A DNA stretch of 64,000 nucleotides, taken from contig NMRA01000433.1 in the NCBI GenBank assembly GCA_002633005.1, positions 186,001 to 250,000 of the forward strand, read 5' to 3'. Origin of the DNA: Phoronis australis. Lineage: Eukaryota > Animalia > Phoronida. Every line of letters starts with the position of its first letter. Within the stretch, counting starts at the first letter, position 1. The notes beneath the pieces were generated by a model that had not been told where the DNA came from, ran no database searches, and saw only the letters and a list, made by a program, of their open reading frames with translations. The position numbers were made by a program, and so were the translations under genes. Shown here piece by piece: positions 38,801 through 50,800 of the stretch.

Positions 38801-41800
38801 GAGATGGCTACGTTGCGTCCTCCTCTCGAGGACTTCATCAGGCCACTGAATTGTCACGTGACTCGTCATGTGAACTGTTGCACAGTTTTCGCAGGATCCT
38901 CTCCAGCGCCCTGTCCGACATCCTAGGCAAGAGAAACCTCAGCCCCCTCTGTCTGTTGAGGCTAGGATTCTCAATGCTCTCGTGAATAGCTTCTTTGACC
39001 CCTCTCCTAAACCAGTTTTCCTCACGACGAGTCACGTGACAACTCAGTGGCCTGATAAAGTCCTCGAGAGGAAGACGTAACGTAGCTATCTCTACGTAAC
39101 TGTAAGTCCAGTAATAGATTTATTAATTTTTCTACCTTATTACAACAACTGGATGACTGGAAACATTCATCGTATTATAAGGGCGCTTTCATTACATATG
39201 TGGCATTGAAGGTTAAACGATGATTTCACGGCTCTCATTCTTTTCCCATTATCAGTTTCAAGGCCTTTCCAAGAACATTTCTGCACCATATCCCCTCTCT
39301 TCAAAATTCACACCCTTCTACATGTCTGCCAAACGTTTGGTTATGTTTGGATTTCTCAAGTGAACTGTCTCTGCTGGATGGCTTTCGATGCTCTCGATGA
39401 AAAATTATCAAATAAAATCTTAACAATACAACTGTGTAATACAACAGCGAAAGTATTCAGAATCGAGGATTTTTCAAGGTCGATTTTAAATTAAAGTTTT
39501 ACAACTCTCCACTTCTTTTGCAAAAAATAATTGCTATTTTTCCCATTTTCAAAGGGCGGTTAGTTTGCCACAAATAAAGAAAACCCAAACCTAATGCTAT
39601 TTATGACTCCTACACAGTATAAACCATGCAAGCCATAGACAAAATTTCCCTTTATCTTTATTTTTGTGGAGAAATTTGACAAAGCCGAATTTCCAACTCG
39701 AGTGCTTTTCAACATGCGTGAGAACTCTGAATTTTACAGTAAAAGTTTGTGTACGTCACCTTCAACTGGTACTTCAAGCATTGACTACTTGAATTTATTG
39801 CGAGTTTATATTTGGTAGCCATGTTGTCCATTCACTCACCGTTGTATGGCATTGTCTATAGCATTTTTACAGTCATAGTCTGTACTTACATCTAGTCATT
39901 GTATTTATACTTGATTGCAAAACTATCTCTTCACTGTATCCATAAATATACTGAATTCACCCCTGAAGCTGTCAGTGAATAATAAAATTCTAAACGTAAC
40001 AATAGACTGCATATGCCACTATCCATATCCAATTGATTACATAACAAGCATTCCTGATAGATTTAATCAGTCACATACTGGGTTCCTCATTATAATCAGT
40101 CATATAATGGGTTCCTCATTATACACGCATTAGATTACAATTACACATCCATATAGCATGCAATTTGCGAGTTGGATTGAAACATGGCACAAAGTGTTTA
40201 ATTTGGCAGAGGTTGCATTATTAGGAGACAAAGTACAGTCCCCAATGGCGGATTATTATTTTGCACAAAAATAATTGCCAAAATTGTCACTCTTCCAATT
40301 TTCAAAGGACGGTTACTAAGGAAACAACAGAAGCTTTACCAAACGTTGTTTTATGATATCTGCACAGTACAAACCTCGATACTAGACTGAATTCTGCCTT
40401 ATCGTCTCTTTGAGGAGAAATTTGACAAAATCAATGAAATTCTGTTTGTCCATCATATCGTGTGCTAAATAAGTGAAAGGTCATATCTTATTAACTACAA
40501 ATGTAAGGACCCTGATTTTATGGAAACTGACAGAATTTTTGAATTTGGGCTTGTTTTACGAAATTACACAGTTTCAACACATTTTACTATTAAATTAATT
40601 CAGTGGAAAATGTCATAATTCCCAATGTGTTTTTTGTTATTAACCTCGACAATGTAATTGGATTCTACAAATTTCGCTGCCCGAGACCAAATGTGGCTTG
40701 ATTGACAGTTGGATTGCAACAAACTTGCAAATTCTTCCTGAAGATGGCGCTGTTCTTGTTTCAGTTAGAGCTAGTACAGAAACGCCTAACATTGCATGCA
40801 ATGAAAACAACAAGGGAACTTTAAAGAATGTTTTTGCACTTATTAGCAAGGTAACATCACTGAGTGCTTACAAAACTGTCTAGGCTTGTGGTCATCCTCA
40901 AAATAAAGGTTGAGTGGACTTGGTCACCGGGACAGGCTTTTGTTTCGTTTTAGTTTTGTAATTATATTTTGCAATTTTATATTTTGAAATAGTAAACCAG
41001 AATGACGATGTTTGAAAATATATCAAGGAACTCCATAGGGATAGAGGTTAATGCAAAAACGAAATTACCAAGGGAACAGTGGTAGTCTAATCCATTCAAA
41101 AATTCGCTTATACTGCCCCAAACATGGTAGAAACATGCCCGCAAAATTTGAATCCATCAAGGAGTCAGAAAATACACCAGCGAATCACCAGACGCATTCA
41201 CCAGTTGGACGGCCGCCAGATCGATATGACAACACTAACGCCCACACGCACATATATATGGGCACGTGATAAATATTTTGCCATCAACCTACCCAACTCA
41301 AAGAGTGATGTCGGGGGAAAAACCACAATCTAAGACGGCTTTGTTTGCAGAATTGGGAAGCAGGAAAAAGACCACTTGGTTATCAATCCGCTTAATACAC
41401 ACAGGGTTGAGATGTAAACACAGCATCTGGTCATGAGGCAATGTTTGTCATGTGGCCATTTGCATAACACAGCACTAGGAGAAATTATCCCACGGCAAAT
41501 AATTTTGTTTATTAATTGAGAACTGCAGGCAAATCTACCTGCAGGGGAAATCACAAACAACTTTCATATTACACCTATAGTGAAATCTACGCGTTTAGAT
41601 TCTAATAGAATCAAAGGAAAAATTATTTGAGATTCCAACAAGCGTAGATACATCAATTTATCACCAATTATCTATCACGTCACTTGTCAATGTCTGGAGA
41701 GAGTGAATTGTTGGACTTAATTGATTCACGCAAAGGAAATAATCAACACTTTAACATTCACTATGTAATGGAAACGAGAAATGTTTAAATTCAGACAAAC

Positions 41801-44800
41801 ATGTAAGACATCTTGAAATGACTGTGAATCTTCATCGTGCATTACGTCCAGCAAATGAACAAGGGTCTGACAAAAGGACTTGACAGGAATGTTTTCTACA
41901 GTTAAAGCTTGACAATTAATGACACAACATGGAGGACAAGAAACATTTTAAAACTAGAAATGGCAACAATAACGAATATCTTTGAAAAACAAAAATAGTC
42001 CACTAAGTTATGAATTGATAGTGATTATGAAGGCAATCAATAGATGTCAGAGTGTAGGTCTGCTTAGCAGAAGGGGGGTTTAAAGCTTCGGTCACACATG
42101 AAAAAATTATGAAGACCATATAAAGAAAATAATTTATGCAAATGAGTCACATGCAAACGGCATTTCTTTCTTGCTTCATAACTGACTACAGCCAGACAAA
42201 GGGCATATGATTGCAATTCACCTAACACTAGGATTTTGAGGGACAGCTAAATTGACCAATCAGAATGCTGCGTTCTTGACACACCTTCGTTTCCAAGCCG
42301 CCATTTTACCCGACAAACCACAAAGTTATTGCTTGTTTGTCGACTTTTCGAAAAAGGGCAGAGCTTGCAATAGGTCAAATGGAAAGAAGAGGTCTAAAAG
42401 CCCTGGCACCACTTATAAGACACTCTCAATTAAAGTTCACAGGTCACTACCATGGCAACAACATTCACTCACCTCCTTCTTAATAGTGACCGACTCTAGA
42501 ATCATCTGGCCAACTTCTAAATTCGGTATTGTGAGGCTCTTGGCATCACTGTAGGCGCTGAGGGCAGCGTCATAGGCTTTGGTGGCGTCTTCACGCGCCA
42601 TGTCTGACGACGACTTGGCCATGTTGTAGAGGCCCTCAAGGTCAGGGAGGCTGGAACAGAACAGTCAGCATCATGATCACAAGGGAAAGTCGGCATCGTT
42701 GATGGTAGATTTGCAAGAAAATGAACCACGAGCTATAACATGCCGTAATACTCCCAGCAAAACGGAGAACTCTACATTTACTAGAGGGCCCTAGAAAATG
42801 ATGGACATGCATATAGACATGCATGATTATGGGTCAAGGGTCATATAGTTACCTTCATTGCCACCGTCCACTGAATATGGAATTGTCCATTATGCGTAAG
42901 GAAAATTCACAGAATCTTAATTGGGAAAAGAACAAAGTCTTTGCGAATATTCACACAACTAATTTCTCAGATGATTTGAATAAGTCCTTGGACAAACAGT
43001 GACGTGGTAACAAGAACATTGCAAAGTATTTATTGACTTATTGCCAGGACTTTGAGTGACTCCTGCATTGACACACTTTTGTTTCCAAGCTGCCATTACA
43101 CCTGACAAACAACACATTGTCGGGTAAAACTTATTGTTTGTTCGTCGACATTTGGCAAGGGGGCGCAGCTTGCGATAGGTCAATACATACGTAAAAACTG
43201 GGAGCCTAAGACGAAATTTCTGTCTTATGCCAGATCTCATGAAATGGCCGCCTGGAATGTCACGTAAATACCATCTCAATCAACATACACACCACAAAAA
43301 CGTTACATACTCTAATGAAGATGAGTCGTTACATGGTACTTTCTGATTTAACAACATGTCCCACTTAATTATAATTAACACAAGAGAAAACCAGCAGCAT
43401 ACTCTTGACGCAGTTTCTCGATATTTTTCTTGGTGTTATCCGGCATGGCAAGAGCTTCTGTGGTGATCCGTAATGCTTCCTTTGAGTTGTTGAGCGCCTT
43501 GGAGGCCAGCTCTTCTATCTTGGCCGCATCGTTTTCTTGCCTGAAAAGTTTTGTAAGAAACTCCATGACTGTTCTTGACAACTCAAGTGATGGTCGTGAA
43601 TAGGCAGGTATCACGTTATTTCACATTACGTTTACAAAAAACCTTGTAGCTGGACACAGCGCCATAATCAAAACCCTATTAAATCCCAAGCAGCACCATC
43701 TATAGGAGCAAAAAAGAAACGGTGATTTTAACCGACCGATAATTTCAATGACAACCATTTTGCTAGCAGTGTCTGCCAATAAGGGTTTGAGCTCGCTAGC
43801 AAAACTCTCGCCTTCTGTGATTTTGCATGAAGATGCGTGATTATGCATTTCTCGCAAGTATGTCAAACGAAACCTCTGGCTAGGATAAACTGTGTGAAAC
43901 AAACACAAATGTCCTGTTGCGTAATTGAATGTCACGTGAGAAAGTTCTTGCTTAAGTTCAGCTCAGCTCTTAAGACACAACTGGACCATTAAAAGAAACA
44001 AAAATAACATATCGGTGACAGTAGTGCTTATCAATGGACGTTTTTTCACGCTCACCATTATCTGTTCAAACTACTTACATCGTAGACTCTTCACGCGCCA
44101 TCTTGGACAAGTCGGACATGTAGTCGTTCTGCTGACCATACTTGGTGAAAGCCTGACGTGCCTTTTCCAGGTCTGGTATAGCCTGCTCCTGCAGGTATTT
44201 GTCAGCACGGTGGAGGGACGCCTCCGCGTTGGATATGGCCTGGTAATGATAGCAACAAATAGAACCTGATGATCCCAACAATGAATAGAACTTGGAAACA
44301 GCACAATGTCTGACCAGTGTCTGGCCTGATGGTAAGTGCAATGAATAGAAATGGGAAACAGCACAGTGTCTGACCAGTGCCTGGCCTCACGACAACAGGG
44401 CCCCATGGAAAGCAGTGAAAATTGATGGGGCTACCTTCATTATAAATATTACAATAATAAATAAATAAATAAATAAATGAAAGCGCTCAGAGGAGCAACA
44501 CTTGGCAAAATTATTTGAGAAGACCTCAACGAAGATAACGACGATGGAGATGATGATGACGATGATGATGGTGGCATTAGTGAACAATATGATAACATTC
44601 ATATGACGAACGAAGATGTCAGAAATCAGTCAGAAATAGGCTATAGTATTGTTCAACAGCAGGTAAACCAAGGACATATTATTGTTCAACAGCAGGTAAA
44701 CCAAGGACATAGTATTGTTCAACAGCAGGTAAACCAAGGACATAGTATTGTTCAACAGCAGGTAAACCAAGGACATAGTATTGTTCAACAGCAGGTAAAC

Positions 44801-47800
44801 CAAGGACATAGTATTGTTCAACAGCAGGTAAACCAAGGACAGTGCAGCAGAATTGGTCAACAAAGGAATAGTGTAAAAAGTAAAGGTCCTTGCGAAAAAC
44901 AGAAAATATCTTCTGAAAGCCCGTTCGAAACTAATCTACCAATGTAGATTTACAAAATCTCATAAAATTTTTGAAAAATTGTTTTGAAATTCAAAGGAAG
45001 ATAACTCAAAAACAGTAAGTTAGAGAAAAAATGTCACAGGTCATTAGAAAGAGTATACCTTAGAGAATACACATGCAAAAATTCATGTCATTTTCACTTC
45101 CAGTTCATAATGGCACCCCAGCACGATTGAAAATGAGTAAAAATTCGTCAGATCTGCCATCTTGAAAGCAACTTCTAGTCCTGCAGCATTTGATAGCTAG
45201 TCACAGGAAACTAACATGTGGGAAGTTTCGAAGCAATTGGTCCCACAATGCACCCTCTACAGGACAAAACGTTTTAATCCCAAAATCGAGGAACACGTGA
45301 TTGTGCAGATGCCAATATTTCCGCCATCTTTAATCAGAAATTCATGACTTCAAGAGTATTGGTAGTACTTGTCCACTTCTATATTTATGCCAATTTTCAG
45401 CCATGTACAGCAAAAAATGTGGCCTCTATGAGTCTTTGAATCTGAATTCGAAAACAAAATGGCTGCCAGGTCTGCCATGGTGGATCGGATGTTGACGAAA
45501 AACAATAGGCCTCCAGTACTTCCGGGACTACGGGTTGTGTGTGAATTTCTTGAGAATCGGATGAAAAATCCGACCTGTAGAGTGCGAACAAAAAAAAAAA
45601 CTGATGTCAGAGCAACACACTTGGCGAAATTTATTTAAATTTCACCAAGTAACAAATAAGCAATGACTAGAACTGGTAAAAAGCCAGGTGCCTAGCACAG
45701 GACACGTCAAATATTGACAGCCAAAATCACATTGCCCCGTCACTCTAGCACCACTGATGATGAAGTTCGCTTGCTTTCAGTCGCAGCGATAGGGAATTCC
45801 GCTTGGGTACAGCCATCGTGACTGGGAATTCTGGGTAATTTTTTCACATTGTTTTTGTCATGTGCTGCATTTTCCGTAAAAACTCACCAAATTTGGACAC
45901 AACATTGCAGACAAGCAAAATTTTACTTTTATCATTTTTAATGAAAGACAGCAAGTATTTTGAAAATAAAGATGGCAGCCACAAACATGGACGTAAGAGT
46001 ACCTCTTCTATCATCTTCGCCTGGGCTGACGCCATCTCCACATTGCTCACAGCATCATTCTTATTCTTGGTGATCGCCTCGCACTTTTCCATTAACTGTT
46101 GTATGGCCGCCCTGAGGTCCACTAGAGCTTGAGTGTCTTGCGTCTGGCCTGGAAAGTAAGCACGACAAGTCTTCATAACAACAGCAGCAACAACTGTTTA
46201 TACAATCCCTGAACATTCTTGAATGGAATGCATTCATGCCACTCAATAACAATGCCATATAAACCAGAATACAGCTCTGACAACAACTCCCCATACATTA
46301 TTTCGCACTGACCGCCCACTAATCTCTCTTTTCCCTCTCCGTTGTTGCCAAAACCAACTACTAATATCATTGTCTCCTATGATTCAGTCTGTCAGCACCG
46401 ATTCTTGTTTAAGTTGAAACTGAAACTTTTGTCTGCATATATAAAAATGTAAATAGGTCAATAAAGTGATCCTCGCCCCTTCTAGTTGAACAGTTGACTT
46501 ACACGCAGCTTGTACACATTCTTAACAGTTTAGTGTTAGTATAATATGACAGCCTAACTCTCCACAAAAAAGAAAGATTAAGCAAAATTCAGCTGATTAT
46601 CAATAACTAAATTTCTACTGTGTACACATTACACAACATCTTTCCATTATTTGTAGTAAAGGCAATCATTCTTTGAACAATGGAAAACTTCAAATTTTCA
46701 TTACGAGCACAAGAAATGGACTTATCCTGATGACTGGTATGAATATTTGGCTATCAACACATGCGAATTTTCACGAGGTCGAAAGACAACTAACTGCACC
46801 ACAAGGGGTAGATACATACACTGTGAAGTTGAAAGAGTTTAAAACTGCACAACACACAACACTGTCAGCTATTCAGTAAACCTGAACACTGTAAACAGGA
46901 AAGTTAATTAAACAAGAGCATGGAGATGTGAATTACAGTTATATTGTACCTGAGGCAAAGCGGGCGTCCGCCAAAAGAGCGTTGACGGAATCGTTGACCT
47001 CCTTCAGCCTCTCTCTGAACTCAGTGTTGTCGACGACCTCAGGGTTAGTGCCAACTGTGTCGATCAGGTCACGTAATTCTTTGACCTTCTTACGGTGAGC
47101 ATTAACCTCCTCTTTGACAAGATTGTAACATGGAGGACAGTCTGCGAAGGAGACGATACACTGAACCAGAAGTAAAAATGTGGTAAAATTCCACCAGTTA
47201 AAGAGTGCAATACCAGTATGAAGAAGTGAAACTTCATTTTCTTATCCTTCATTCAAGATAAGAAGCACTAACTACACAAAAAGTACCTAGCGTGGCGTAC
47301 ATGAAATAATATCCCACGAGACATTATTCCGCGTATCGACCTTGACCTAAGTGTTTATCCCGTACACATTGAATTTGTGAGTTTCCTTTGTTTTCTTTCG
47401 GCATTTTCTAAATACTTCACCTTGATTGTTTATGTGGCTAACCACAACTTGATGTGTATGTATATGGGCATTATGTAGCTAAATTACAAGAAAACAGTTT
47501 TAATGTAACCTTTTATTACTTGAAATTGATAAAAAGTGTGAAAACAACAGTTATCGTGTATTGAACTTTTATCATATTTCGAAAATAAATAAATAACAAG
47601 AATATTTATAACATTGTAAAATCCTCATCGGGTAGTTGCACTCATTCATGAAACTAAGTCATTGACCGGAGCGCTGGCCTATACGTCATCTGTTTTCACG
47701 AAGATGTTAAAAGTGCCAGTGTTGATGACAGCTCTGGCGAATATGCCTGTTGTAGCGTTGTTGCAGGTACATTGTTGCATTTCTACAGATTCTGTAGCCT

Positions 47801-50800
47801 TGGTAAAAAGCTGTTTACTTAATATACGACAGTCTGTTGATACAGCTAGCTGGCTGGCTACGGATTCTGTAGCATGGATAGGTTCACATGATGCTGGGAC
47901 AGTCGTCATTGCTGCTTGTGTAATACTGTTGCCGATAGTAACGGGTGCTGTCATGACCAGTGACAACAATGTTTGATATTGGCGAGGAATCGGTGCCTGA
48001 GTTGCAGATGATATAATATACAGAAATAGAAAACTGAGTTCCAGATGTTACGATTGAGATCTGGTTGCATGTTGAGTGATATTTACCATAGACATCTTAT
48101 ATGGTATTTACCATAGACATCTTATATGGTATTTACACTGCTAGAATTGTATTACTTTAAGCTATTTTGCGAAAGTTTGATGATCTAACCAGCTAACGAC
48201 GTCGAGTTGACATTGACCAACCTTTTGAACCTTCAATGAGGGCCCTCTTGGAAAGCAGTGCTATCACTGAAGAGGCCACCCTCATTTTAAATATCACAAT
48301 AATAAATAAATAAATAAATAAATGTCAGAGGTCACTGTTGAAGTAGTGCTGGAGGTGAATACAGAAAACATTATTACATGGCAGTATTTCCCTCGACAGA
48401 TTCAACGCGTATGGGATATTATTCATACCATAGTTGGCATCTAAAATTTTTGTGAGCCGTTTGGATTGTTTAGTGCACTAATCATTATAAGTCCTTGAAA
48501 ATATCATATCTGCAATTGTAACTTCGAAATTAGTGAGATTTTACTATATGTCGAATAATTCTTTGTTTAAAGATCGGCAAAATTCCACAGCAAAATTTTC
48601 GGATCATACTATTTTCTTGTTATAATTTTGAAGGAGGCAGAATATTTTAAAGAAAATTTTGGAAAAGTGGAGAAAAGATTGGGTCGAAGTTCACCTATGT
48701 ACCCTAACCATCATTGGCCACCAATTTTGTTAGAGAAGTAAAGAAAGACCACATCACTATCTTGACAATGACCAAAAGCAAGAAACGCAGTCTGATCTGT
48801 ATCCGCAAGGCTGCGTTCTTGAGAGTTTGGCGAGGTAACACAAGATCTCGTGAGAAATCTCCATGCAGCACAACAAATCATGTGACCTCAATAGCATACA
48901 GTCATGACTTGAATTACAGAACAGGGTCCTACTCTGACACAACACTTAAAACAGGCCTATCAATATAGCTTGACCTGTGCTCCGTAATGCAAGATTCTCC
49001 AGAGTTTGGCAAAGTCACACATGTCCTGGCAAAACATCGACATGTATGACAAGCGAATCACGTGACCATCCTTGCCTTCACTTGTAAGTTTCTTGCATTA
49101 TGGAACAGGTGGTGAACTCAAACCTACCAATACATCCAGCTGTTAAGTTATGCTTATTCTCTTGGCACATATCACACTGTTGTCCTGTGATTCGACTGGA
49201 GTCGGTGCAAGGACACTGGCCAAATTCATCACACTGAAGACTGACGGAGCCTCGTGGGTCGCACTGACAGGCTGCAGGTGAAAGTTCAAAGGTCACAGAG
49301 TTAAATACAACCTAGTATTTTAATTCAATATCCAAATGACCAAGGTCGCCATCAACCATCAGAACATTTAAACTGAACGGACTCCACAGAAACATGTGGT
49401 AAAGAAAATTAAAAACAACTGGTTTCCTACTTATTCTGCAAAGCAAACTTTCATAAGGTTACCATAGCAACTCTTTACAAACATGCATTAATTGTAACCA
49501 CAAACTGATATTCAAGCTCAAATATATGACAGTTTACAGTTCATAAGATACAGCCAAAAATCTTTACATATAACAGTGTTTGTCCGAGCTTGCTTTTGCA
49601 TCATTTGGCATAATCAAGATAAAAAGACATGTGAGCAACTCTTTGGACCTAAGTTCTAATAAGTTTTAAGACATAGATTTACAGAAATGACTAATAACAA
49701 TTTTGTCTCTTAGTTTTCTACACACTTTTCATTGTTCATAAAATTTTCCCAAAAAGTGCCTCTCAATTTTCCACAGGACAGTTAGTAAAGTCGGTAGGTC
49801 ATTCTATAAGTAAACTTTGTCGCCCCCATTAGTCATTACCAGTCATATTTGCTGCAGACATAATTAGTCTTGACGACGGTTAAACGGTGTTTTGTCTAAT
49901 TAATTTGGTCTCCTACTGTACACCATGCGTAGTTCTCTACAAATTTAGTGATTTCTGGATGCTTTCTTGATGTCCAATAAACAGCAGACGACCAAGTGAG
50001 TGGAAAATGAGAAACAAGAACAAGATGACCACGTCGTCTGCGCCCCACAGGGTACCAGAGACAAACACCACACACCTGTACACCCTGCAGAGGAGAACCC
50101 GTAGAACTCGGGGACACATTGATCGCAGTTGAGTCCACCAATGCCAGGCTTGCAGTAGCACTGCCCAGTGGTTAAGTCACACGAGCTGTTGTAGGCACCA
50201 ATTCGGTCACACGTGCACCGCTCACAACCTGAAAATACAAAATATTGTTTGTATTAAAGCATACTCTGAACTGTTATCTCATCATTGATGGCCTGAGAAC
50301 CTCAAGGTTACTGACCTATGACCTTATTTGTAAGCCACAGTTTAACCTGCCATTGCATGAAGAGTTTCATAAATGATATTCTTTCAAGCATAAGATATGG
50401 CATGACACATAGTCATGCAGCTAAGCCATTTCTGAGTGATATTTGACATTCACTCTCAGTGTCAACCTTAGTCACAACACAGTGATGTCAATCAACTTGG
50501 ACTCTCTCCCATTGACTAACAAACCGTGAGTGCACACATCCCCACAGGAGGTCAAAGTTCAGACCACCAAAAGCTCAATGTCCACTGAAGGCTCAAACAA
50601 GTACATCCAACGACCAGAGCTGCCAGCCCCTCAAGTACATAACCTTTAACCTTCGCGTGAAAAATCCATAGTTTGCAAGGGAAAACCACTGTACAATTTC
50701 CAACACTTTCAGAAAGTTTAAACTTTAAACACAAGATGGATTGGTACACACCAAACCAACACTTCTCAATACCAAATCACATTCCACTAAAATAGCAACA

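Larger units (their letters stand above)
38777..39176. mobile_element. Penelope-like retroelement insertion: GIY-YIG endonuclease 3' fragment (-) between inverted pLTR arms, 14-bp TSD
   Basis: [15 protein letters not shown]....[10 protein letters not shown] is the PLE endonuclease C-terminal motif; arms 38775-38867 / 39026-39118 inverted; ctggatgactggaaacattca 3' end; flanks ATAAGGGCAGTTTC (38763) / ATAAGGGCGCTTTC (39177). Confidence 0.85.

Noticed and set aside
11475-42472. Possibility of two separate laminin genes or missing exons
   Set aside because: Flanking exons join in phase and collinear with gamma-1; no further laminin-like exons found in between.
44603-44947. Gln-rich ORF with ([11 protein letters not shown])6
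   Set aside because: Translation of a 33-bp minisatellite inside a dispersed element; no splice or homology support.
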